Source: Patescibacteria group bacterium (GTDB taxonomy: Bacteria; Patescibacteriota; Minisyncoccia; Phycocordibacterales; UBA12079). Taken from it: DNA of 55,869 nt. Positions 6,960-15,580 of this stretch are shown one piece after another. The DNA is taken from contig JAHITU010000004.1 of NCBI GenBank assembly GCA_018817595.1, forward strand, positions 1-55,869, given 5' to 3'. The position numbers were made by a program, and so were the translations under genes. The notes under the pieces are model-generated. The model saw only the letters and a program-made list of their open reading frames with translations, was not told where the DNA came from and did not search any database. Numbering within the stretch: the first letter of the stretch is position 1; the number at the start of each line of letters is the position of its first letter.

Positions 6960-7331
6960 ATGAAAAAATTTTTGGTTCTGATGCTTGCATTATTGGTTAT
7001 CATTCTGAGTTCGTTTTTAAACTCAGATAAAAATACACCTGTGCAGATGGAAGACGACTTCGTGGTCGTCCAAAGTTGTCAGGTCAACCACGAAAGAGAG
7101 TCTCTTGACCCTCTTTCGGAAAAGCTTGAGTTTGACTTCATTCGAAGTCTTCTGGAACAAGCCGTCGTTTTCGGGATTATCCCTTCGGTGGAAACGCCGG
7201 CGGTGATAAACCTTGATAAATTCGAAGAATTCACCAAATACGGTGGTGACGAGTTTCGAACATATAAGATAGCGAATGTTCCCGGGAAGGATTGCTTCAA
7301 GATTTTTAAGGAGGCAATCCATGCAATCTAA
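6960..7331 (+). CDS. Secreted or membrane-anchored orphan protein (123 aa from ATG 6960)
   Basis: AAAGGAG upstream, signal-peptide-like MKKFLVLMLALLVIILSSFL, and a downstream 14-bp perfect hairpin GGGTAAGGTAAATC/GATTTACCTTACCC. Confidence 0.7.
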   Translation: MKKFLVLMLALLVIILSSFLNSDKNTPVQMEDDFVVVQSCQVNHERESLDPLSEKLEFDFIRSLLEQAVVFGIIPSVETPAVINLDKFEEFTKYGGDEFRTYKIANVPGKDCFKIFKEAIHAI

Positions 7332-7450
7332 AACCTCTAACCTAGCCGAACCTCACTTCTGGGGTAAGGTAAATCAATTCGATTTACCTTACCCACCTTT
7401 CCGAGTTTATCAATAATCATTGGTAAATTGAGAAAGGTGATATAAATCAC

Positions 7451-7553
7451 TTGACAAGATAAGATATCTATGCTATCATTAAATTAGTTAAAGATAAGTA
7501 ATAAAAAATGAAGTCAAAAAAGACTTGACAAACAAATTACTTTATGATATCAT
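7451..7553 (+). promoter_or_regulatory. Two tandem near-consensus extended sigma70 promoters
   Basis: TTGACA(7451)-N17-TATCAT(7474) and TTGACA(7525)-N17-TATCAT(7548), both with TGn before the -10. Confidence 0.8.
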
Positions 7554-8196
7554 ACTAGTATACAGTTAAGGAAGAAAAGAATACTTTAAAAATTAAATAA
7601 AATCCTATTAGAGCTTACAGAAACATTTAGTTTCTTATCTCTAACAGGACAAGACTTTTTGAGGAAGGAGTTATAAAAAATCGAAAAATCGGTTGTTTAA
7701 CTTTTTTACTCAAGAAAAAGTTAAACAACCGATTTTTTGTTTAGAGAGTAGAGAATGTTTTGAATTATGAAATAGAATTCGTTACGAGAACTTTTTCGGA
7801 TTTTTCAGGTTTATTTTAAAAAAATTGAAGCACTAGCCATAGCTAATGTGAAATTTTTTTAGAATGAAGATGGAAAATAACGAAAAGTTCGGAGTAGAAT
7901 TATATTTTTTAATTTAAAACTAATAAGCAATTTGTATTTTCCACTCTCTTAATAAAGAGAAATAGTAGTTCTTTAAAATTGAACACATTCCATGAGTTAA
8001 AAGTGTTATTACCTTTTAGTTAATTAGTTTTTAAACAAATTAGTTAATTAGAAGGTGATAATACTAATAACTTAATAATTTTCTTTATTTAATCTAAAAT
8101 GCTTGGATAAATACGCGAGTTTATCCGTACCAAGCTAGCGCCTAGGAAGAACTTAATTGTTCAATGGCAAGATTGATGAGAGAAGAGGAGATTAAA

Positions 8197-8544
8197 ATGG
8201 AAAAAAGAATAGAAAAAATACAGGAAGCAATGAGACTTTTTAGTGAGTTGGAAAAAATCGTTCACGAACTAAAGTTCGTGAACAACCCACTTGACTTGGG
8301 GGCTCACGGTTTTTCTTGCTCTCTTAAGAGAGAGCTTGAAAAAGCCAAACAAATCAGCTTCCTTAGTGAAGCTGAAACAGCTCTTAAGGTCAGAGATATT
8401 CTGACATCCGACAAAAAAGTAAAGAGGGTTGGACCCGATACGTTTAGGATTTCCTATCCAGGAAACCCTTTTCATTACGGTTCAACAAGAGTCGAAGAAG
8501 TCGACTCAAAAGAGTTGATCCGGAGGCGCGGATCAATCTCGTAG
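8197..8544 (+). CDS. Orphan protein, array unit 1 (start 8197 or 8164)
   Basis: GAGGAG 6 nt upstream of ATG 8197; repeat A begins 5 bp after the stop. Confidence 0.7.
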   Translation: MEKRIEKIQEAMRLFSELEKIVHELKFVNNPLDLGAHGFSCSLKRELEKAKQISFLSEAETALKVRDILTSDKKVKRVGPDTFRISYPGNPFHYGSTRVEEVDSKELIRRRGSIS

Positions 8545-8549
8545 ATCTG

Positions 8550-8601
8550 TTCAAAATTCGGGGAATTCACGAGTTCATGTGAATTCCCCCTATTATTGAA
8601 A
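8550..8601 (+). repeat. Repeat A copy 1 (52-bp imperfect palindrome)
   Basis: TTCAAAATTCGGGGAATTCACGAGTTCATGTGAATTCCCCCTATTATTGAAA, identical at 9756 and 10249. Confidence 0.95.
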
Positions 8602-8685
8602 CTTTAATAAAAAGCGGAAGTTATACGGATTAAACGCAGACTAACGCAGAAGATTGAAGTTTCATAGTAGATAGTTCTTTAAAAT
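8602..8685 (+). repeat. Repeat B copy 1 plus junction motif
   Basis: CTTTAATAAAA-AGCGGAAGTTATACGGATTAAACGCAGACTAACGCAGAAGATTGAAGTTTCATAGTAG-ATAGTTCTTTAAAATT. Confidence 0.9.
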
Positions 8686-8772
8686 TGAATATTGTTAATT
8701 ATCTTATCTAGGATAATACTGATTTTATTGTTTTAGATAAGATAATTAACTTATAAAATCAAGGGGGTCATT

Positions 8773-9750
8773 ATGGAAAAATACGAGGTAGAATTAAACT
8801 TTTACCCGGTCAATCGGAATATTTTTGGCCGTTGGTACAAAAAGAAACAAAAATCAAAAAAAATATTTTCCCAGGATAGTAATTATGGGAAGATAATTTT
8901 TTTAAGCGACAAAGCAAAGTCGCAAATAAAATTTTTGGATTCTGAAAAAGAATACCGGGCAGTAGCGGTATTCTCGAGAAGAAATGAAACCTCTGAAGAA
9001 GTATTGTTTTTTAAAGGAATAAAAGCGCTGGGAGAAATTGTAGAAAGCGTTGATTATCGTGTTTTCTGCGAAAGAGGAATAATGAAAAAGATATCTTTTA
9101 TGGCAGACAAAACCGTAAAAGATGAATATAAAAATTTTCCCGATTTTTTCCCAGAAAGGCCTTACACAGATCTGGAAAAAAAAGAAATTTTGCTATATTT
9201 TTCCTTGAAAAAAACAGTAGCCGCTTTATCTCTTGAGTGGTCAGACAGGTACAAAGGATTCATTTCTCGATGGGATATGACAGGTGAAAAGTCATATAAA
9301 ATTGAGATAATGGATGGATTAAAAATTAAGGCGACGCCGTATGAAAAAATTAAAGCAAAGCTTTATTTCATAGATGTCGGCAAAATTCTCCAAAAAGAAG
9401 TCTTTGAGGAAAAAAGCCTCCTGGAAGACTCTTATATTGAATTAGATTACGAAATTCTCTCTGAAGAACATTTTCAAAGAGATGTTATCAATCAAAGAAA
9501 GGAGGTGTCTTTTGTTCAAGGAGGGGATTGGGCAAGAGGTCCATCTCGCTTCGCTCCCACCGGGAAGAGGATCGAAACAGAAATAGTGGAAGACTGGAAA
9601 AAAATTACCGCTAGGGTTTTGATTCCAAAAGATTATCATCTGTGGGTTGAAGAATACCTCCAGATAAAAATCAATGGTAATGAAATCTCTTTTAATATCT
9701 GTATCGGAACAAACACCGTTACAAAAAAAGTTATTTCAAACCATCGGTAG
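8773..9750 (+). CDS. Orphan protein, 325 aa, array unit 2
   Basis: Long ORF with AAGGGGG upstream; repeat A begins 5 bp after the stop. No family recognised. Confidence 0.8.
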   Translation: MEKYEVELNFYPVNRNIFGRWYKKKQKSKKIFSQDSNYGKIIFLSDKAKSQIKFLDSEKEYRAVAVFSRRNETSEEVLFFKGIKALGEIVESVDYRVFCERGIMKKISFMADKTVKDEYKNFPDFFPERPYTDLEKKEILLYFSLKKTVAALSLEWSDRYKGFISRWDMTGEKSYKIEIMDGLKIKATPYEKIKAKLYFIDVGKILQKEVFEEKSLLEDSYIELDYEILSEEHFQRDVINQRKEVSFVQGGDWARGPSRFAPTGKRIETEIVEDWKKITARVLIPKDYHLWVEEYLQIKINGNEISFNICIGTNTVTKKVISNHR

Positions 9751-9755
9751 AACTC

Positions 9756-9860
9756 TTCAAAATTCGGGGAATTCACGAGTTCATGTGAATTCCCCCTATT
9801 ATTGAAATTTTAAACCAAGGTTTGAAGTTTCATAGTAGTAAATAGAAGTTCTTTAATAAA
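9756..9860 (+). repeat. Repeat A copy 2, short module C and junction motif
   Basis: Repeat A at 9756-9807, then TTTAAACCAAGGTTTGAAGTTTCATAGTAG, then AGTTCTTTAATAAA. Confidence 0.95.
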
Positions 9861-9948
9861 AATAAAGTTTTGCCCTGTTTATGGATGGGATATAGTTTCA
9901 CCTTTTTAACATTTCGTTAATAAGGTACATATTTTTAAGGAGAATAAA

Positions 9949-10227
9949 ATGGAAAACTCTAAGTTGAAAACAGAAGAAAGACTTGAAGAAATTAAAAAAA
10001 TGAACTCTATTTCTGTTCTCGGTGCCGATTTAGGTTGGAACCGTGAAAGTATGTGGGTCGTTGTCAGAGAGGATGACCCATCTTACCAGAATTTGGCAAA
10101 AAAATACCCCACAGAGATTGAAAAAGTTCATACTCCTGAAAATTTTTTCATTTCAGAAAGTGATCTTCATGAAATGGAAGATATTGAGTACACAGCGTAT
10201 TCATTTGAAGGACCGTGCTTTTCATAA
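9949..10227 (+). CDS. Orphan acidic protein, 92 aa, array unit 3
   Basis: AAGGAG upstream; repeat A begins 21 bp after the stop. Confidence 0.7.
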   Translation: MENSKLKTEERLEEIKKMNSISVLGADLGWNRESMWVVVREDDPSYQNLAKKYPTEIEKVHTPENFFISESDLHEMEDIEYTAYSFEGPCFS

Positions 10228-10248
10228 AAGCTGAGTCCTTTAAAAATG

Positions 10249-10460
10249 TTCAAAATTCGGGGAATTCACGAGTTCATGTGAATTCCCCCTATTATTGAAA
10301 TTTTAAACCAAAGTTTGAAGTTTCATAGTAGATAGTTCTTTAATAAAACGCGGAAGTTATGCGGATTAAACGCAGACTAATGCAGAAGATTGAAGTTTCA
10401 TAGTAGTCTCGCCAAACTTTCCAAAAGAAAGTTAAGAGGATAAATAGTTCTTTAAAATTA
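10249..10460 (+). repeat. Repeat A copy 3, module C, repeat B copy 2 and two junction motifs
   Basis: A at 10249-10300, C ends at 10331, B ends at 10406. AGTTCTTTAA occurs at about 10334 and 10446. Confidence 0.95.
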
Positions 10461-10682
10461 AAGTTTGATAAAATCTTCTATTGTAAGATTTGCATCCTTA
10501 AGAATATGATGTAACAAACCAAACTTCAAACTCTTGTGTAAAGGAATAGTAATAGGTTTTAATTTTAAATCTTCATTTTGATGTAACCTTACATGACTTC
10601 CTTTTTTCCTAACCACAACATAACCAAGTTTTTCTAACTTTTTAATTGTTTCTTTTCCTGAAATAATTGGAAGTTTAGGCAT
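10458..10682 (-). CDS. hicA: HicA-family toxin (mRNA interferase)
   Basis: LEKLGY...KGSH-x-RL...TIP-x-H...L-x-x-G-L-L-x-x-IL pattern. Confidence 0.9.
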   Translation of the reverse strand: MPKLPIISGKETIKKLEKLGYVVVRKKGSHVRLHQNEDLKLKPITIPLHKSLKFGLLHHILKDANLTIEDFIKL

Positions 10683-10917
10683 ATTCTGGAAGATTTATAA
10701 AATGCAAACTAACATTTTGAGGTTTATTTTTTTTAGATTTTGTTTTATTTTCTTCAAGACAAAGTTCAGTAGCTTCTTTAATATTTTTTAAAGCATCTTC
10801 TATAGTATCTCCTTGGCTATAACAACCATCAAAACTTGGATTTATTACAGTATAACCTCCTTTTTCTTCTTCTTGAAGAATAACAGGAAATATTTTATTA
10901 TTTTGATTCTTTTTCAT
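10675..10917 (-). CDS. hicB: HicB-family antitoxin (short, N-terminal domain only)
   Basis: F-P-V-I-L...E-x-G-G-Y-x-V...P...G-C-x-S-Q-G-D-T-x-E-D-A-L-x-N-I-K-E-A pattern; overlaps the hicA start. Confidence 0.9.
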   Translation of the reverse strand: MKKNQNNKIFPVILQEEEKGGYTVINPSFDGCYSQGDTIEDALKNIKEATELCLEENKTKSKKNKPQNVSLHFINLPEYA

Positions 10918-11003
10918 GATAGCTTTATTTTACCAAAACTAGGTAAGAAGTCAAAAGAAAAATAATTTTTCCGAGTTCATCAATTAATTGGTGGATTCAG
11001 AGA

Positions 11004-11076
11004 AGTTCTTTAATAAAACGCGGAAGTTATGCGGATTAAACGCAGACTAACGCAGAAGATTGAAGTTTCATAGTAG
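11004..11076 (+). repeat. Repeat B copy 3 (last array repeat)
   Basis: AGTTCTTTAATAAAACGCGGAAGTTATGCGGATTAAACGCAGACTAACGCAGAAGATTGAAGTTTCATAGTAG. Confidence 0.92.
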
Positions 11077-11095
11077 TAAATTTACAAAAAATATT

Positions 11096-11224
11096 GGTAA
11101 AATAGTATATTTATAAAATGAGAAGTTAAATTTAATCTTTTGTTGGTATTTATACCGACAAAAACTCCTTCCTCGGAGATTAAAGCTAATTTCAACAAAA
11201 GTTTTATAAATATACTATTTTACC
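11096..11224. repeat. Element with 23-bp perfect terminal inverted repeat and structured interior
   Basis: GGTAAAATAGTATATTTATAAAA (11096-11118) pairs with 11202-11224. The interior contains a TTTGTTGGTAT/ATACCGACAAA hairpin. Confidence 0.75.
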
Positions 11225-11331
11225 TGTATTTTAACAAACTGTTTCAATACAGACAATAAAGGCTACATAATAGTTAAATACAGCACTTTATCCTTGCAAT
11301 TATTAATAAATAGTGCTATTATTCACTCGTT

Positions 11332-11598
11332 ATGTTATCAAAGACAAAGAAAGAAAACGCAATAAAAAAGACACAAACACACAAGACTGACACTGGTTCT
11401 CCAGAAGTGCAGGTTTCTGTTTTATCCAAAAAGATTGACGAATTAGCTAATCATTTAAAAATCCACAGAAAAGACAGACACTCAAGAAAAGGATTACTTC
11501 AAATGGTTGCAGACAGAAGAAAACATTTAAAATATTTACAAAGAAAATCAGTTAAGAGATATACTAAAGTAATTAAAACTTTAGGACTTAAAAAATAA
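11332..11598 (+). CDS. rpsO: 30S ribosomal protein S15
   Basis: HKTDTGSPEVQV...HLKIHRKDRHSRKGLLQMVADRRKHLKYL. Confidence 0.98.
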   Translation: MLSKTKKENAIKKTQTHKTDTGSPEVQVSVLSKKIDELANHLKIHRKDRHSRKGLLQMVADRRKHLKYLQRKSVKRYTKVIKTLGLKK

Positions 11599-11734
11599 AA
11601 TACTTTTAAACAACAACCGCTTCTGCGGTTTTTGTTTTTTTAAAATACTGCTATACTATATTTGTCTAAATCATCATATATATGAAATAGATTTTTTAAT
11701 ATTAAAACTCTGGATTGTCGCGTCATTTCACTAC

Positions 11735-11785
11735 GCCTGCCTGCCCCTGCGCGCCGGCAGGCATGGGCAGGCATGGGCAGGCAGG
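11735..11785. repeat. CCTGCC-type REP-like palindrome nested in an RPE-like element
   Basis: CCTGCCTGCCCCTGCGCGCCGGCAGGCATGGGCAGGCATGGGCAGGCAGG interrupts a copy of the 5264-type element. Confidence 0.8.
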
Positions 11786-11941
11786 CTACATTCCTCGCAA
11801 AGACGAAAAGTAAAACTTTTCGTAACGAATTTTTGCAAAGCAAAAATTCATATACATAAATACTTAATTATAAACAAAAGGAAAAACTATTATTTTTTCC
11901 TTCTAACTAGCTAATAACCTAAATAGCTAAAACCTAAATAT

Positions 11942-12586
11942 ATGACCGTAATTAAACACAAAGAACAAAGGGTAGGGATTTTTATTGATGCTCAAAATCT
12001 TTATCATAGTGCAAGAAATCTGTACTCAGCCAAAGCTAACTTTAAACAAATTTTAGAAGATGCTGTAGCTGATAGAGCATTAATCAGAGCTATTGCTTAT
12101 GTTATTACTACAGAATCAGGGGAAGAATCAACTTTCTTTGATGCTTTAGTAAAACTTGGAATAGAAACAAAAACAAAAGACCTACAAATATTTTTTGGAG
12201 GAGCTAAAAAAGCTGATTGGGATGTTGGTTTAGCCGTCGATGCAATTAAAATATCACCTAAATTAGATACTGTTATAATCGTTTCTGGAGACGGGGATTA
12301 TATTCCTTTGGTTGAATACTTACAAATAAGCCAAGGTTGCCAAGTTGAAGTAATTGCATTTGGAAAATCATCTTCTTCAAAACTGATTGAAGCGGCAGAT
12401 GATTTTCTTGATCTTGATTCTGATCCACAAAAATATTTAATGAATTATGGAAAAAGAAATACCCAACGAAAACAAAAAGGGAAGCAACAAAATAAACCTC
12501 AACAAAAGAAACAAAGCTCTTCTAAAAAAGTGCAAAAAAATCCTATTTTAAACAAAAAAGCACAAGACGGAAGAATTACTATTTAA
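11942..12586 (+). CDS. NYN domain (LabA/DUF88, PIN-like) protein
   Basis: IFIDAQNLY, KADWDVGLAVDA, IVSGDGDYIPLV and LIEAADDFLDL motifs. Confidence 0.93.
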   Translation: MTVIKHKEQRVGIFIDAQNLYHSARNLYSAKANFKQILEDAVADRALIRAIAYVITTESGEESTFFDALVKLGIETKTKDLQIFFGGAKKADWDVGLAVDAIKISPKLDTVIIVSGDGDYIPLVEYLQISQGCQVEVIAFGKSSSSKLIEAADDFLDLDSDPQKYLMNYGKRNTQRKQKGKQQNKPQQKKQSSSKKVQKNPILNKKAQDGRITI

Positions 12587-12636
12587 TATTACTTTTATAT
12601 TTTGCAAAGGTGACACAAAAGTGATACACTAATACA

Positions 12637-12867
12637 ATGATCAGCCCAACAAAACAAAGACTAAATATCACATTATCCAAGGATGATAAAACTTTTTTAG
12701 AAATGATTTCTAAAAAGGAACAAAAACCTGTAGCCACAAAAGCTAGAGAGCTTTTAGAAATGGCAATAGAAATCCACGAAGATTATCAAATTGAAAAACT
12801 TATCAATGATAGAGAGAAAAACTCAAAAGGTAAATATATAAAATTTGAAGATGTATGTTGGGAGTAA
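12637..12867 (+). CDS. Ribbon-helix-helix-like antitoxin
   Basis: RLNITLS N-terminal strand; overlaps the downstream RelE-like gene. Confidence 0.7.
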   Translation: MISPTKQRLNITLSKDDKTFLEMISKKEQKPVATKARELLEMAIEIHEDYQIEKLINDREKNSKGKYIKFEDVCWE

Positions 12868-13154
12868 AAAAATATAACATCATTTTAGAACCAGTAGTTT
12901 TATCTATTGATCTTAAAAAAATATCTAGTAAAAACAAAGATATTATTAAAAAATCTATTCAACAAAAACTTACAAGTTACCCCGAATTATATTCTTTTCC
13001 TTTAAGAAAACTTCTAGGTAATTATAGAAAATTAAGGGTTGGAAAATATAGGGTTATTTTCAGAATAGATATAAAAAAGAAAGAATGTTTAATTATAGGA
13101 ATTAGGCACAGAGAAGATATCTATCAAAAGATTTCAAAAAGATTAAATGAATAG
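12855..13154 (+). CDS. relE: RelE/ParE-family toxin
   Basis: PLRKLLGNYRKLRVGKYRVIFRI...IIGIRHREDIY pattern. Confidence 0.85.
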   Translation: MLGVKKYNIILEPVVLSIDLKKISSKNKDIIKKSIQQKLTSYPELYSFPLRKLLGNYRKLRVGKYRVIFRIDIKKKECLIIGIRHREDIYQKISKRLNE

Positions 13155-13423
13155 AAAAAACCAACAACTCAACGACTTGAGTTGTTGGTTTTTTATATAA
13201 AAGGCTAGAATTTTCCTTAAAAATTGGTATACTAAATCTATTAATATTAATTTGCTCTTCAGATAAATAGATTTGAAATTTCTTTCAAGTCTGGAATTTG
13301 AAGAGCAAGAGAGTTAAAAGTTCTTAAGGTTCATAAAGTCAAAAGTAGAAAAATTGCATATTAATTTTTCTAAATTAAAAAACTTTACGAACTTTCAACT
13401 TTTAACTTTCGACTAATTTATAT

Positions 13424-15580
13424 ATGCAAACAAAAGAATACTCGTTAGAAATTGGCGGAAAAAAAATCACAGCTCAATTCAGTGATTTAGCTAACCAAAC
13501 TAATGGTTCAGTTATTTTAAGTTGTGAAGATACAGTTGTAATGGTCACTGCTGTTATGTCAGACAACAAAAGAGAGGGTCAAGATTGGTTTCCTCTTTCT
13601 GTAGAGTTTGAAGAAAAATTCTATGCTGTGGGAAAAATCCTAGGTAGTCAATTTATGAGAAAAGAAGGAATGCCTTCATCTAATGCTGTATTAAACGGAA
13701 GAATAGTAGATAGAACTATCCGACCACTTTTTGATTCTTCTATTCGAAATGATATCCAAGTAATCGCTTCAGTTTTGTCTTTGGGAAAATGTAGCCCTGA
13801 TGTTTTAGCAGTGAATGGAGCTTCATTGGCTCTAGGAACATCTGATATACCTTGGGAGGGACCTGTTTCAGCAATAAGAATTACAGCTAATAATAACAAT
13901 GAGTTATTAGTGAATTTAAATTCTCAAATACCTTTAGAAGGAACTAAATTAGATTTAATGACTTGTGGGAAGGATGGAAATCTTAATATGATGGAAATCC
14001 GAGCAAATCAAATTTCAAACGAATTAGGGTCACAAGCTTTTTTGAAAGCGTCAGAAGAAATTGAAAAAATCCAAACTTGGCAAAAAGAAATTATTTCTGA
14101 AATTGGAAAAGAAAAGAGAGTAATAGAAAAAGAAGAATTGAGTGCAGAAGCTTTAAATTATTTTAAAGAAAATTTTGAAACCAGAATTACTACAGAAATT
14201 TTTGGAGAAAACGGTAAAAAAGCCATTAACCAAATCAAAGATGAATGGATGAAAGCTTTTAAAGAAAATTTTGAAGAGGAAAATAAATCTTTAGCTTTAG
14301 GTCTTTACGAAAAAATAACTGACGACATTATCCACCAAAGAGCCTTAAATGAGGATATGCGAGTAGACGGAAGAGCTATGGACCAAATACGAGCCTTAGT
14401 TGCCAAAGCAGGGGTGATTTCACCAACTGCCCATGGCACTGGGGTATTTTATAGAGGAGGGACTCATGTATTTTCTGCTTTAACTTTAGGTGGTCCCAAA
14501 GACACTCTGATGTTAAATGATATAGAAAATGAAGGAACAACAAAAAGATATTTCCATCATTATAATTTCCCTCCATATTCAGTAGGGGAAACAGGAAGAG
14601 TAGGAGGATTCAACAGAAGAATGATTGGGCACGGAATGTTAGCCGAAAAAGCTTTGTTGGCCGTATTACCATCAGAAGAAGAATTCCCTTATACAATTAG
14701 AATCGTTTCAGAAGCTATGGCTTCCAACGGATCAACCTCAATGGCTTCTACTTGTGGTTCTACTATAGCCTTGATGGACGCAGGTGTGCCTATCAAAGCT
14801 CCAGTAGCAGGAATTGCTATGGGATTAATGATGGGAGACGAAAATAATTATAAAATTTTAACAGATATTCAAGGACCAGAAGACCATTATGGAGATATGG
14901 ATTTTAAAGTAACAGGAACAAGAAACGGAATTACGGCTATTCAAATGGATGTTAAAGTAACAGGAGTGCCTATTAAAATTCTTTCTGAAGCTCTAATTCA
15001 GGCTGAAAAAGCTCGTTTCCAAATTCTAGATGTTATTGAGGCGGAAATTCCGAAACCAAGAAAAGACCTAGCTCCAAACGCTCCAAGAATTCTACAAATG
15101 CAAATTAAACCAGAACAAATTGGAGGAGTAATTGGATCAGGAGGAAAAGTAATTAATGAAATCCGAGAAAAGACAGGAGTAGAAATTGATATTGAAGATG
15201 ACGGAAGATTATTTATTACAGGACCAGCAACTGGAATAGAAGAAGCTCAAAAAACTATTTTAGAATTAACTCGAGAATATACAGTAGGGGAAAGATTCGA
15301 AGGGAAAATAATCAAAATGTTTGACTTCGGTGCTATTGTAGAAATTGGGGCTAAAACTGAAGGGATGGTACATATCTCTGAAGTAGCTCCTTTCCGTGTG
15401 GAGGACATTAATAAAGTCTTGAAAGAAGGAATGATTGTGCCAGTGGTTATAAAAGAAATGGAAAAAGGAAAAATGAAATTATCTATCAAAGATGCTGACC
15501 CTCAATTCATTAAAAAACCCGAAGTGCCTACAACTCCTCAAACAACAATAGAAATAAAAGATTTACCTAAAACTGAATAA
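13424..15580 (+). CDS. pnp: Polyribonucleotide nucleotidyltransferase (PNPase)
   Basis: Two RNase PH domains (RIVDRTIRPLF, HHYNFPPYSVGE, SNGSTSMASTC, DHYGDMDFKV) plus KH and S1 domains. Confidence 0.98.
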   Translation: MQTKEYSLEIGGKKITAQFSDLANQTNGSVILSCEDTVVMVTAVMSDNKREGQDWFPLSVEFEEKFYAVGKILGSQFMRKEGMPSSNAVLNGRIVDRTIRPLFDSSIRNDIQVIASVLSLGKCSPDVLAVNGASLALGTSDIPWEGPVSAIRITANNNNELLVNLNSQIPLEGTKLDLMTCGKDGNLNMMEIRANQISNELGSQAFLKASEEIEKIQTWQKEIISEIGKEKRVIEKEELSAEALNYFKENFETRITTEIFGENGKKAINQIKDEWMKAFKENFEEENKSLALGLYEKITDDIIHQRALNEDMRVDGRAMDQIRALVAKAGVISPTAHGTGVFYRGGTHVFSALTLGGPKDTLMLNDIENEGTTKRYFHHYNFPPYSVGETGRVGGFNRRMIGHGMLAEKALLAVLPSEEEFPYTIRIVSEAMASNGSTSMASTCGSTIALMDAGVPIKAPVAGIAMGLMMGDENNYKILTDIQGPEDHYGDMDFKVTGTRNGITAIQMDVKVTGVPIKILSEALIQAEKARFQILDVIEAEIPKPRKDLAPNAPRILQMQIKPEQIGGVIGSGGKVINEIREKTGVEIDIEDDGRLFITGPATGIEEAQKTILELTREYTVGERFEGKIIKMFDFGAIVEIGAKTEGMVHISEVAPFRVEDINKVLKEGMIVPVVIKEMEKGKMKLSIKDADPQFIKKPEVPTTPQTTIEIKDLPKTE

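Noticed and set aside
10043-10234. Overlapping ORF 10043-10234 as a second or frameshifted gene
   Set aside because: Nested in 9949-10227, which has the SD; no slippery site or motif recognised.
8549-10300. Repeat A as a CRISPR repeat (two copies start GTT; copy 1 ends ATTGAAAC)
   Set aside because: At 52-54 bp it is too long, the intervals are 0.4-1.2 kb and contain ORFs, and no cas genes are present in the window.
8550-10300. Repeat A as a canonical integron attC site
   Set aside because: No RYYYAAC/GTTRRRY core pair on either strand, and the recombinase lacks a visible IntI-specific insertion. Kept only as a non-canonical analogue.
6960-11076. Prophage interpretation of the orphan array
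   Set aside because: No structural, terminase or replication genes are present, and there is no att duplication at both ends.
11640-11843. ORF 11640-11843 (-) and ORF 25944-26129 (+)
   Set aside because: These are translations of REP/RPE-like palindromes (PACRQAG-type peptides).
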